Shown: positions 1 to 13,149, counted from the whole stretch's first letter. The stretch: 63,905 nt of DNA, filler included, from Octopus bimaculoides (GCF_001194135.2; 5 parts of 5 records of this genome joined end to end with filler, not necessarily neighbours in it); one strand, 5' to 3'. The notes: generated by a model from the letters alone, not told the origin. Numbers and translations are program-made.

Positions 1-101
1 AATGTAATTGAGCGTTATTAAGACAAAAAAGCTATTAGAATGACCGTTAAATAAGCGAAAAAACCGAAGGGGAGGAAGTAAAAAGTAATGGAGTAAAAAC
101 G

Positions 102-731
102 TTCATTGCAATCGCGTATACGCGCATGTACATACATACACATGCACGCACGCACACCCACGTACATGTGCCTATATGCATACGCTCACTCAGACTTGCC
201 TGAAATACACACATGCGCACCCACACATATGCCGAATAGATGCACATATATTTGCAACCATGCATGTACACATATGTATACCTGCACACACGCGTGCATA
301 CACACACATGCAAACACACACACGTGCACATACCCATACGCGCAGAGTTATGTTCAAATTCTCGTCTAAAATACGTACATGCTATATATGCATATGCTCA
401 CTCACACTCGCGNNNNNNNNNNTTCATTGCAATCGCGTATACGCGCATGTACATACATACACATGCACGCACTCACACCCACGTACATGTGCCTATATGC
501 ATACGCTCACTCAGACTTACCTGAAATACACACATGCGCACCCACACATATGCCGAATAGATGCACATATATTTGCAACCATGCATGTACACATATGTAT
601 ACCTGCACACACGCGTGCATACACACACATGCAAACACACACACGTGCACATACCNNNNNNNNNNGTTATGTTCAAATTCTCGTCTAAAATACGTACATG
701 CTATATATGCATATGCTCACTCACACTCGCG
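102..731. repeat. CA/TA-rich low-complexity unit (~310 bp) present twice, split by 10-N gaps
   Basis: 102-412 is repeated at 423-655 plus 666-731 with only two visible substitutions; both junctions are N gaps, so probably an allelic or overlap assembly duplication. Confidence 0.75.
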
Positions 732-1081
732 TGGAACACTCGCATGTACACCCACATATAGATATATGCAACAATACACATGTACATATATATGTAAAGA
801 TAAACATACCCACACACACGCACACACACACACGCAAACACTCGCACAAAAAATCATATACGCGTCTATATACGCACATGCGCAAGAAAAATGCAGGGTG
901 AAAGGTAAAATACAGGAATAAAAGTGTAAAAATATATAAAGCAATAAAAATATAAAAATATATCTCTATAAATATGTAAAAATATGTAAAAATATATAAG
1001 AAATATATATAGAAAGTATAGAGAGATAAAAAGCTTGTACTTGGTCACAATATAAAAAGCAAGTTCTATCTGTGATCTTGA

Positions 1082-1905
1082 GGGGACCAAAAACCTAACA
1101 AATATTTAGCCACATCTAGACATGATTCAAAAAGTTCAATTCTTGAATTTAGACATGTAGCGGGGTCTAAGCTGTTTTCCAGATGAGCCATCTTTCCATA
1201 TCACAAAGACCGCACTTTCCACTGCCGTTGGTGTAAGGTTTACACTTGGCTAAGATCTTCCAATGGATGTTGTAACTGACACCTTTATCTTTTAAGGACC
1301 ACATGTGACTGTATAATTTGCTTGTTTTCCTTTTATCCCAATGCCTGAAGCTCAAGGTGGGATTGTTGAACCTGGCCTTGAAGTTCCCCTCTGCAAGGCA
1401 TACATATTTTTTTTTGTTGAAACTGTGCCTTAGTGGTTGTAGAGTCTACGGGGGCTTCATAAATGATGGTCTTGGACATGCAAGCTCCATTTAGCGGGCA
1501 CAATTTTTTTTATCCCTGCATGAACAGCTGGTTTCATTTTGTGGTTTTTGTGTGTTTTGTGCGATTATATTTTTAAAATTAGTAGTTGAGTTGAAACTGA
1601 TTTTTAAGTTATGTCTATTGAAGAGCTTTCTGTAACTATGGTTGACTGGAAAATGTCTATCTATCAGTGCTAAGAAATACTTGCCTATATTAAAGGTCAC
1701 TTCGGGGGAGTAGGGTGTGTGAACCAGATGATTTTCTTATTCCTATGTTTCCTTTTCTTTATTATTAGACTTTGTGACAGGTGTATAGGTTATTTCCTCG
1801 CTGAATCCACTATCACTTAGAGCCTTATTATATACTGGGGCAACGCTATTAAAAATGTTCCTATTGGAGGAGAGGCTAGAAACAGCTAATAGTGTCTGTG
1901 GGTAT
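1082..1905 (-). mobile_element. Penelope-like retroelement 3' part (RT thumb, Cys linker, GIY-YIG endonuclease), frameshifted
   Basis: Minus-strand translations: SSLSSNRNIFNSVAPVYNKALSDSGF; NIGKYFLALIDRHFPVNHSYRKLFNRHNLKISF; CSCRDKKNC; IIYEAPV..KYVCLAEGNFKARFN; LYSHMWSLKD..IHWKILAKCKPYTNGSGKCGLCDMER; LNSRIELFESC. These match PLE C-terminal motifs. Confidence 0.85.
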
Positions 1906-1950
1906 ATAAAGTAAAAATGAAAGTGTATATATATATATATATATATATAT

Positions 1951-2200
1951 ACCCCTACCTCTACCCCACACTCCACCCATGCCTTCCCCACCTCCCAACA
2001 CCCTCACATCACACCACACCAATACCCTCGCATCACACCACGCACACCACACCAATACCCTCGNNNNNNNNNNGTAGCTCGAAACGTCAAAGACTTTCCG
2101 TATTCCCGAGCGTCATACTAATATATACTTTTGTTATTTACACCACCTGTCCTCGTCTGTTGTTATTTTTTGTATATTCTCCCATATATATATATATACC
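1951..2200 (+). mobile_element. Probable Penelope pseudo-LTR/3' UTR remnant with the 3' half of a hammerhead-like motif
   Basis: C/A-rich tract, N gap, then AGCTC-GAAAC-GTC at 2076-2088; adjacent to a (TA)n tract and a PLE fragment. The 5' half of the motif would lie in the gap. Confidence 0.4.
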
Positions 2201-2580
2201 CACGCACACACATGCATAGACATCACACATATACATACCCATATGTAAATGTTTTGTCTGTATGGGCGTGGTAGAATATGAATGGAGTTTTCTGTCGATG
2301 GAGGTATTTTCTTTGAATTGTATTTGGCTGTAATCAATTTTGTCTTTCCTTGAAAGTAAATTTATTTAGATCTAGTGTTAATATTGATGATGATGATTTC
2401 ATGTTTGGCAATCATTAATGGAAAAATTTGTTTTCCTAACTTCAATATTTTGTTATCGAACACAACGAAAACTGAAGCAATCATTCAATCATTCAAACAA
2501 GCAAACCGGATAAACAAAGATACATTTATGTCTTCCTGATTCAGAGAATGGTGACTGTGTTGTACCGAAGATGGTATATT

Positions 2581-2826
2581 TATTTCTTTATTGCCCACAG
2601 GGAGCTAAACATAGAGGGGACAAACAAGAACAGACCAAGGGATTAAATGGATTACATCGATCCCAGTGCGCAACTGATACTTATTTAATCCACTCCGAAA
2701 GGATGAAAGGCAAAGTCGATCTCGGCAGAATTTGAACTCAGAATGTCTGAGTTTGCCGTTAGGCAGACGAAATACCGCTAAACATTTCCCCCGGCATGCT
2801 AACGATTATGCCAGCTCGCCGCCCTA
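2581..2826 (-). mobile_element. tRNA-derived SINE family A, tail type 1
   Basis: Minus strand: GGCGGCGAGCTGGC head, GAGTTCAAATTC B-box-like motif, core GTCGACTTTGCCTTTCATCCTTTCGG-like, tail ...GTCCCCTCTATGTTTAGCTCCCTGTGGGCAATAAAGAAATA; homologous to many copies in the window. Confidence 0.85.
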
Positions 2827-2842
2827 CAGAAGATGGTATATT

Positions 2843-3056
2843 CTTTTCTATTCTAGGTACAAGGTCCGAAATTTTGGGGGAGGGGGTCAGTCGATTAGAT
2901 CGACCTCAGTACCCAACAGGTATTTAATTTTTCAACCCGGAAAGTATGAAAGGCAAAATCGACCTCGGCGGAATTACAACTCAGAACTTAAAAACAGACG
3001 AAATACTGCTAAGCATTTCGCCCGGTGTGCTAACGTTTCTGCCAGCTCGCCGCCCT
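2843..3056 (-). mobile_element. tRNA-derived SINE family A, tail type 2
   Basis: Same head and core as 2581-2826 but tail ...CCCCCTCCCCCAAAATTTCGGACCTTGTACCTAGAATAGAAAAGAATA. Confidence 0.85.
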
Positions 3057-5855
3057 AAAAATGATGGTATATTGACTTAGAAAAGTATAGATGAAATCCT
3101 CACCATGTAGACTTTTAATGACATGTACGATTCACTAGATTAATTCAGATAAATATCCTGTCCAATCTTATGTAAGAATGAATTGTAAAAAAAAAAACAA
3201 AAGGAAAAAAATGCTGGTTATCTTCGTTACACTCTTTGAATGTTTGCTGGTTTAAGTTGATCATTCCAAGGATCCGCTTTCCAAGGATCAGTTTAGCAGA
3301 CGATGTAGAGTAATTTTAATATATTTCTTATCTATTTTTGTATGAAAGTAAGTAAATTAGCAAAGCAGCTTTAGTTTTGTTATTTTGAAATGTGAACTTA
3401 AATATCAGAGAGAAACATTAGATTTTACTGCCTCTGGGTCAATGAAAATAACTACTAGAATGATTCAATCATTGGCATTCATTCCTTATTGAATATCTGG
3501 TCATCAGATAAAGGAAGCAAATGATGCTCATCAATATTGTCTGTTGAGATCACATGACCGAATTTATTTCACTCCACTGACTCTTCTAAATCTCCTGCAA
3601 ATGTACCAGCTGCCATATTTGTTCCTTGTTCAAACAATTGAATATATATCTATACCTGTATCAGTTTTGTCTACTTTTACACGTTCAGCTTAACTTGGAG
3701 AATGTTTCTTGTTCAAATAAAAGAAATGATCTCATCGATTTGTAAAGAAGTCAAATAGTTTCTCTACATCTTTTCCGTCAGATAGAATTGTTCCTTGTAC
3801 ATTGGGTCTTTGAATATGTTCAAATAATAGAATATTTTACTTACAGTAGGAGGCTTAGAACAAAGTTCGTAGAGATATACATGCTTTTCAGAATAGTGCA
3901 TGAAAAAGAGAATCGATCTATTTTCAGTTGTCTCATGCTGGAGTATATATATTTCTTGTTAATTTCAAAAATGATATGTTAGAAAATAAACTACAAATTT
4001 ATTTTCTGCCTATTTCGATGATCAGCCCCTTCCGTTTCTCTATTTTAAAAATTTCTTTGATATTTAAGCTGAGTTTTCTGAAAGGATTTTCCAATAACGA
4101 AGGAGCGCCAACGCAGTGGTTTAAAAAACAAAACGTAGTATCCAGTGTCTTTGATATTACACACTACCGTCTTAACATAAGGTAACATATAATGAGTAAT
4201 GTAGTCTTCGATACACAACAAGATGGGAGGATTATGGTTGGAATGCAATTGGTCATGTGCTTGTTTTCGGCTTGACCGTAGCTAACCTGGGGCTGAGCAA
4301 CAACAAATCAAATCATTTATTAATTCTCGTGATCAATCTTTTGTAGAAGCACAATTAGAGACGTAACACTTCAAATTGACCACAAATAATTGTATAGCAA
4401 ATATTCGTAAGAAACTCTCATGAATATTAAAATGTCTCTTCCGGATACAGGTTACAAAATTGATTTGTCATTCCATGTACTAAGGTTGTATGGCGATGGA
4501 AGATTGACGACGTGCGCAGACCTAACAAGTTGGAAGCTCACAATGTGTTGTAACTTTCTTTCGTCATCCTGCAGATTTGCAGCGGGAAAGACTAGAGTCA
4601 TCTGAGAAATCAAATGGAAATTCAGAAATGCAATTGACAAAGAGGAAGCAAAAGAGAGAGGGCTCCTCCGTGAAGATGGAGCAATCACCACACACGCTCA
4701 CACATACGCGCACTCATACACACACATCTATGTATAGGCATATTTGTGTATGTGCATATATAAGTACATATATATGTGTGTGTGTGTGTGCTTATGTGTA
4801 GGGGTGGGGAGTGTGGGTGGGAAGTGTGGGTGGGGTGTGGAGGGTGTTGCTGTGTCTGTGTGTGTGTCTGTGAGTGTGTGTACGTTTGTGTTTATATATG
4901 TGTTTGCGCAGAGGTATATAAATACGTATGCTTATATATGTGCATGCGTATGATCTCTGAATCATGTATCAAGTTTGTAATATTAGCCAAAAGCAAAATC
5001 TCTAAAATTTGAATGGAGGAAAGGAAAGAATCTTTTTTATTTTACCCTTTGCGCTTCTAAGTGCTTTGGTTAAATACGTATGTTCTGTGCAATTATAACG
5101 CAAAATATTTCTCTTCCTGAATTACATTTCCAGGTATGTAGAGTCAGCCGTTGGTTCTTCTCAGGTCATGGATAGCGACAGGAATACAGTGGCCTCCTTG
5201 TTGATTCGATGCTTTGAGGAACTTGGTTTAATCCCAAACATGATATCAAAGCGAAGAAAAACGCTATCCCGTATGGCGATCAGTGTAATTTTTGTAATTT
5301 TCGTTATACTTTTATTAGTATATTTCCTCTCACAATCCCACACTGTTACAACCATGATGCACGCAACGCAACTAATGTGAAAGTTCCGCGAAATATGAGA
5401 CTGTTTGAAATGTCGGACATAGAAGCAAAATTATAAAAAAGGAAAATTATACGTTGTACATCTCTCATTGTATTGGATTATGTTTCAGAGAAATTTCTAA
5501 ATATATTCTATATATTCCATTCAATATACAAAACGTAATTCTTGATCTGAACTAGATATTTATGTGCTTAAATTAGGCTGATCTTTCTACTTTCAGCCCA
5601 ATAGAATCACCCCTTAAAATACAATCACCCCTTAAAACATACATCACTCAGCAGCTGACTGGAGAATCTATTTAAATTTGAATAAATTACCAAAAGGAGG
5701 GGAGAGGAAAGGACACATAAACTTGAAGGCCTGTATGGAGGACATAACAAAAAAAAACAAAAAAAAAAACGGAAAAGTATTATTTGTAATTTTATCCACG
5801 TTAAACAAACATTCATTTGATTTAATTTCCTCGAACGACTTCTCACTGTTCTGAT

Positions 5856-5858
<3 letters not shown>

Positions 5859-5915
<57 letters not shown>
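5859..5915. repeat. (TA)n microsatellite
   Basis: Perfect TA run. Confidence 0.95.
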
Positions 5916-5917
<2 letters not shown>

Positions 5918-6479
5918 CATATCAACTACATGAAGACTATGCATTTTCGTCGAAATATCTTCACGAAATATAATTCTATTTTGAATGTAAGCAATGATTA
6001 ATGTAGACATATTGTGCCGAAGAAGCACAAGAAGCCAAAAACAAAAGTGATGTTATGTTGTAACTAGATTTTGTGAAATTAAAAAAGAAAAGAATATTGT
6101 GTTTATATGGAATTGAGACAGGGAGAAAATTCATTATACTTTTCCATGGTGTTCTTCTCACTAAGGAGACGTGGTTAGAATATATTTTGTTCTATATTAG
6201 ATCTACACATGTAAGAATGACATCAGTTATCTTCATATCTGTGGATTTCGTGGCTGAACGATTTTGGAAGAAAGTACATAGCACGTTAGACAAGCTTGTC
6301 CGACTACTGTACTATCCGAGCATGAAACTTACTGTAGTTACCATTCATTTAAATCCTGTGTTTATTAACTTTTATTATTAAAATTATAATTGAAGGTATC
6401 TAAGATACCATCATCCTAGAAGTGGCAGCCAAGGCCTGACTCCAAAACCACATCAAGTATTCATACAACACAAACCTCA

Positions 6480-6970
6480 AAGAAGTCTCAACACATGGCT
6501 GTGAAGAAGTGTCTTCTCGTGATCAGAAATGCACATATCGCCAGCCACCAAGGGACATGTTAAACTGGTTATGGTCAAGTAGCTGACAAGCAAATCTATG
6601 GTACTGAGCAGAATATTTGCTGTATCCCATCTTATTATATTATTCTAGCTGTCGACTTCGGTGATATCTACAGGTTGCGCTGTAAGTGCCTGTGTTGTTT
6701 AGATGGAGAGGTAAGCTCTGATCGAGCAGATCTATGATCAAAAGTGGTTTAGTTGTGATCATCTCATGATTTTTAAAAATATTCAGATACATTTTAATTC
6801 AGCCTACCTCCTGCAGTAAGTTCTTTTGTTGTGAAGCTCCAGTTTAGCCGAGGTAACGTAGACTCGTATTGGAAGCTATCCAACTGTCACCATCCCATCT
6901 TATATTTTCATGCATAGTATTACCTATGATTTCATCAAAGCTGTCCTTCTTTTTAAGATAGCATGGTCTG
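6480..6970. repeat. Degenerate interspersed-repeat (SINE-like) fragments
   Basis: 6860-6970 resembles the reverse complement of the repeat inside the 35858-36289 palindrome arms; family not assignable. Confidence 0.3.
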
Positions 6971-8479
6971 ACATAAACGAAATATAACTGTTATTTCTAG
7001 GTGACCAAGAGAAGTTGTTAATATTACCGGCATATTCATGGTTAAATCGGGGCATATACAAATGACACAGACCAGGTTTTATGGAGTCTAAGGTAGCTCA
7101 ATTCACTTTACTTCAATGAGAAGATCAAATAAGAACGAATCATATTCGAAATTGTCATTTTAGTTACTAGAAATCAGAATAATTCCACCGTAGTTTCCTT
7201 TTAATTATTAAATTTGATTGCAGATTTGTCTCCCTTATTTTTTTACATTCCATCTAATGATTTTTCTCATCACTTGAGGTTTAATTTTAAGTACAAAATT
7301 GTTTATTAAGTAATCTAGCTCCCACTTAACAACGCTAATATCACCAACTAATATTATTAATTGCTTTCTCGGAAGAAAGAGAACACAATTTCACTGGCGC
7401 CTTGCCTACGTAGGTGATTGTCTATAACTAGTTCATACCAACATTAACAAAGCTTATCCTCGCCTAAAAGCTTTTTAAATGCAAATATTTTATATACATT
7501 CCTGCATTCACTGAATGACGCCTCCGCGCCTCTACTGTTCAATGGAAAATCAAACATCCAACCCACAGACACCCCTCTTTTCCTAAATTTAATAGCGACA
7601 CGATACAATATGAAGCAGAAAACCTGGCAATGAAGCAGAGTGGCGGCCATTAAATTGCTGTAGAAACGGTGGAGATTTATAAATTATTCAATTAGTTGCC
7701 ACCACTGGATTTCAAGTCGATTGATAATAGCTTATTAACGAACATAATATTGAGGGCATTACCAACACCTGGAATATTTTCACTTTGCCTCTAGCGATTA
7801 AATAAATTTCTTGATGGTTTTAATCTAATAGAATCGTACTTTCTGATCTAATAGAGTCATTGGTTTCAGATCGTTTTATGTGACCTGCTTTTCCGATAGA
7901 CGTAACTAACATATCACTAGTTGCATCTCATTGTTAATCACTTATAACACAGATTTATACTTTAGCTGCTTGGTTTACTCTGCCTGCTGCTCATGGTGGG
8001 ATGGGGGAACGATATTGTCGTTGATATAACGTTATTAATACTATTGCTATAAATTCTGTCTCACATGTTTCTCTATATCTACTGCAGCAATGTATTATAT
8101 GCTTTGCTATTTAGGCGCGTTACACGTGTGTTTATGTGGCTGTGCTCTTTATATGGCTTTAATGTTTTCAGAGAGTATTGGATATAGATTGCCCTGCTTA
8201 ATAATAATGGTTTATTATATTAGTAGCATCACACGCTAGTTAAGGGCGGGGTGGGGTTGGCTAGCTAATAACGTCAAAGCCGCCGCAGTTGTTTACCGTT
8301 TATTTTATCAAAGCCGGTGATATGAAACACAACATTGATCCATGTTTTGAACTCAGAACGTAAGGACATAATAGGTATTCTGTCGAAATACAGGGTTTGG
8401 ACAAACGATGCCCTTTCTAATTGCCTCTTCTAATTTGCTAACTAGTTCACCCTCTTATCTCTTCCGTTCTATACCTAAC

Positions 8480-9420
8480 CCATTGCTAAACGCGATCGAT
8501 TCTTCTCTTGTTGACGATCTCCCCCGCCAACTGCCGCTTAACTAGTTCACTATTCCAGTATCTGTAGTCTTTGCATGTCGGAAAGGATGCGTTTAACTTC
8601 CAGTAACCGGATCCCTGTCTACGCGTCCTATCTAAGTCGACTGTGAAGATCACAAACTTGTGGTTTATGTAGCCGACCATATTTAAATTGCGCTCAACCT
8701 ACGCTATTCCTATCCACTGACCAAGCAAATACTCTATCTAAATACGATCTGGGTGACCCATTGCCGTTGTTCACACTGGCACATCAAGGAAACTCAGTCG
8801 TTACCTATCAGACTGTGTAGGTTTTCTGAGCAGGTCTTCAAAGCTTTTGCGCTCATTCTTCTATGTACTAGCCTCACGCAGTCTTTCCATGCGTCCAAAA
8901 TCCCATTCCAGTCCTCTACTAGTATTAAGTTGCGAGAGGTTCCCATGAATGTTTCTAGACGCCTGAATAATTCTGGCCTACGCTATACCCACTGTCGGGG
9001 TATACACAATCACCAGTCTAAGGGCGCCACCTTCACTACCATTCATATCTCGGACCACTAACCTGCCGCCCGGGTCCTAGAGAACTGCATCTACTTCAAG
9101 ATCTAAAGATTTTCTGATTAACAATGCTACCCCGCCGCACGTTCCCGTTAGACCACATGATATCTCATATTCATTGGAAATGGGTGCTAGTGCTTGGGTA
9201 TTAGAAATCCTTGTCTTGCTAATTGCAGCCACATCTAAATGGAGAGACCTGATGTCGTTTAGCAAGTGACCTTGCTTACAAGCTGACCCAAGACTTCGTA
9301 CATTCACGCACCCCACTCTGAAAACGACCATATTTATCGGAGAAACAAAATGGAAGAAGGTCACTTGCTTGGATTTTGAGAAGGTTTCCTCGTCTGATGA
9401 ATTATAATTAATGAATGGCC
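8480..9420 (-). mobile_element. L1/Tx1-type LINE fragment, apurinic-endonuclease domain (decayed)
   Basis: VGCVNVRSL..LDVAAISKTR..GGVALLIRKSL; DPGGRLVV..LRLVIVYTP; LILVEDWNGILD; SYLDRVF; NHKFV..GSGYWKLNAS. These are APE motifs, and GYWKLN is typical of L1/Tx1. Confidence 0.8.
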
Positions 9421-10549
9421 TTCTCAATTACTTTTGACCGGCTTTAGCCTAAAAGGCTCAATATCTATTGGTTATTTTATTTCATTTCCAAGTATGCGTG
9501 CATGTCTGTTTTTATAAGTTATCTGTCACGGGGAGTTTTCGACAGAGGTTCTTGGAAACCCAATCCTTTTATATGAATACTCGTGTTGCTGATTACTTCT
9601 TACATCAGCTCGCTGCTACTCTTGCGAACGACTGTGCAGTTAATGAGGTGTTTGGGTGATGTAGTCAATTGTACGAGTTGTTCTTGTGATTGTTGCTTCT
9701 CTTCGTGTATTTGTTTCTGTTTTGATGCTTTTTGAAGTTGTGGCTGTGGTTGAACGAATGTGCATTGCCTTTGTTTGTGGGATTTGGGTGAGTGTATCGG
9801 TGTTGTTATTAGCTGATGGATTAGGTGAAATTAGGTGAATATTCCACGTTCTGTCTTTTCACTTTCAGCTTGGGAGGGCCGATTTTTAAACTATTTTCCC
9901 GCTTTTCTTCAACTCAAGTCTTTCTTGGCGGATTCAATTCATGTTCGTTTCTTAATAGGTGGTAGATAGCGGTGACAGTCAATGAAATCGATTTCATTTC
10001 TTAATTGGTTCTTATTCTGTCGCTCTTAAAAGATGAAATTAAACATTCCATGGATATGAACTCAGAATATAGCGATGTAATTTTAACATCGAAACCCATT
10101 GTGATCGATTCTACACTAATGCTGTCATTGATATATCTATAACAATAATGATTTCATTTGTATTTTGATGATGTAATTTTTGTTGTCTTAATTGCTGTTT
10201 CTAGTTCTTGTTTCCTCCGTTCTTGTTGTCAGTGGTTTCTGTTATTGACGTTGATGGTGTTTCAGTAATTATTCTAGTTGTATTGTTGTCTTGAGCCTCC
10301 TTATATCAACGTATTTTATGTTCATTCCGGCACAATGCTTATTCCGGCGCCTGAATTTTCGAGGTCTACAACTGCGTTAAATGACGTTCTTTAAGTCTTT
10401 AATGTTTTTCTTACAGCTGCACATTTTGTCAGATAAGATTTGAAGTATGGTCTCAAGTATATTCTGTGATTTCCTACAGACTCCATGGAACCCTTATGTA
10501 GATATCTCATAAATCTGAATTTATATATGTATGCAGATGTCTATTTGTA

Positions 10550-10667
10550 TATGTATATCTATCTTTCTATGTATGTATGTATGTATGTATGCATGTATGT
10601 ATGTATGTATGTATATATGTATGCATGTATGTATATATGTATGTATGTATCTATCTATCAAGCTTTC

Positions 10668-10716
<49 letters not shown>

Positions 10717-10720
10717 GCTT

Positions 10721-10774
<54 letters not shown>

Positions 10775-10830
10775 GTATTTATAAAAGTATGTATATATTA
10801 TGTATGTATGTATGTATGTATGTATGTATA
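10550..10830. repeat. Compound (TATG)n/(TG)n/(TA)n/(CA)n microsatellite
   Basis: Directly visible. Confidence 0.95.
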
Positions 10831-11382
10831 CATGTTATCTTTTTAAATGATAACATGTTTACTTTTAAATAATCGCCTTCTTGATAGTAAGGCTGTGAGG
10901 AAAGAAGAAGAGTGCTGCCTTGTTATTTTTTCATCTTTCGCACAACCACCCATCCTTTCTATCTTAACGGCTTCCATATTTTTATCTCAGAAATGAAAAT
11001 ATTATGTACCATGGGAAATATAGTCTGAATTTTTTCACGAGTAATCCAATTTAATCCAAACATATTGACTATATAATCATGCATGTATTTATCTATGTAT
11101 GTATATAAGATTTAGTAAGTTGGAAGTAACATTCTTAATTGTTGAAAAATAGTCGAGCCTCTAAAGCAGTAAAGTTGTTATGTCAATGCACTAAATTTAA
11201 CACATTAATATTTTGCTTCGCTTCTGTATGCTCATACATTCTTTTTTTTAATTTGGATGGGTTCGCCTCGATCTTTATGTATAATGCTGCGATAAAATAA
11301 ATCCAGCAATGATAAACGGAATTTATCGCGGGGAGACATTTTCCTTCTGATTAATGGAAATAAATAAAAATAGAGTAAATTA

Positions 11383-11582
11383 CTCTTTTTTACTCTAGGC
11401 ACAAGGCCTGACATTTTTGAGGCGGTGTCTAGTCGATTAGATCGACCTAAGTGCGCAACTAGTACTTAATTTATCGACCCCGAAAGGATGAAAAGCAAAG
11501 TTGATCTCAGAACGTAAAGACTGGCGAAATACCGCTAAGCATTTCGCCCGGCGTGCTAACTTTTCTGTCAGCTCACCACCTT
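11383..11582 (-). mobile_element. SINE family A, tail type 2
   Basis: Homology to 2843-3056. Confidence 0.8.
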
Positions 11583-13149
11583 AAGAAAGTAAAATATTGA
11601 AAGTGTGGTTCAGTATTTTGTTTGATAAAATAGAAATTAACGACAGACCACAGCTCAATAGACGAATAACTGTTGTGTATAATGATTTCTCATGAAATCT
11701 TCAAGTAGAAATTGCAAATTCTGACCATATCATTTACAGTACTCCACATATGGTCACATAAGTATTGTAGCACACAAATAGCTGAGAGTACTGCTATTCA
11801 TATCCTGTCAAAGCAGTACTTTGTGTTTATGACCAAAGTATTTAACTCGCAAGTACCACAGTCCGTGGGGTTGTAAAATAAGCACCACAGTGAAGAAACA
11901 ACTAGTCATGCCAAGCAATGGTATTACTACTTTATTCGACTATTGGGAAGAGTTTCATTTCATCCTGTAGTAAAAGTTGCCCGCGATGCACAAGTATTCT
12001 ATTATGATGAATACCAGAAATAAGCTGCATGTTTTATGCCAATGGAATTCGAAAAGAGATCAAGTATAGTACTAAAGAGATGAATGAGCAGAAAGATGGA
12101 AATATAAACTCTGGCTGTGCTGAAGCCGTGGATGTGTTTTAGTTGTTGGTTCGTGTACTTTTAAGTCGAAATTTTATTTTCGAAAATCATGAGCATCACC
12201 CCATTCGATCTCCACCTCCCTACATCACATGTCATTGGTGATCGAATGAAGGAGTTTCAACGCAATTGCTTTCCTCAAGTGTAGTTGAGCCACTACATAC
12301 AATATAACTGAAAACATAAAACAGAACTGTCACTGCAGGTAGGTCTCTAATCATAGATCAACCAGATTAGCGATGATTTGGTGCAAACAAAAATAAAATA
12401 AATAAATAAAGATCAGCACCTGTATAAATAACCTAAGAGACTAATGAAAAAAAAACAATTTTTGAATACTCCTGTTTACATAAATTAACTATTTCTTCAC
12501 TATACGACATATTTATAGGTATATTGGTGGGGCCAGCGAAGGTACTCAACTATGTGACGAGGTAGTACGAGTTCTTAAATGACTCGGAAATCTAGAAGAC
12601 TATTCAGAGAAACTACTTTAATTATCATCAAATCAGATAAAATATTTAGAAATTATCAAGAGATTAAACACATCAAAAAATATCAAGAGATAATTCAGAA
12701 AATTAAATGTTTCTTGATTAAAAAATGAAGTGAACAACGCTGCGCACACAGACACTCATATTCAATTACATGCATCTCTCTCTCTTTCTCTCTGTCTGCC
12801 TATCTCTATCTCTCTGTCTACCTGTCTCTATCGCTCTGTCTCTCTCCCCCTCTTCTCCCTCTATCTTGCTGATGCCCACTCACACCCAGTCATCTTGCTT
12901 GCTTTTCTGTCTCTCAAACACAAACGGACACCAAACCGAAATAATGATAATAATAATTGGAATGCTCACTCGGACAAGATTCTCTCAACATTGCGGCTAA
13001 ATATTTCTCTCAGCCATATACAATCCTGTCTTATTGATGATGGACACAATGTCACACCATCATGGACAAGGGAATAAGAGAGGAAGTTAATAATTAAAGA
13101 CCTAACTATTGCGAGTTAAAATTACTCTGGAAATTATTAACTTGCCTCA

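Noticed and set aside
102-731. Apparent tandem duplication or satellite
   Set aside because: The copies differ at only about 2 sites and are joined by 10-N gaps; most likely haplotype or overlap redundancy. The same pattern occurs at 2014-2063
4801-4845. G-quadruplex-like G-run cluster
   Set aside because: Embedded in GT-rich low-complexity sequence; no independent evidence of a promoter or function
11760-12130. Minus-strand hydrophobic peptides vaguely like receptor transmembrane helices
   Set aside because: Multiple stops in every frame, no diagnostic motif; chance is likely
12215-12265. Small hairpins (13 bp at ~12220; bulged ~60 nt at 49608-49670)
   Set aside because: Short or bulged stems expected by chance in 64 kb; no supporting context
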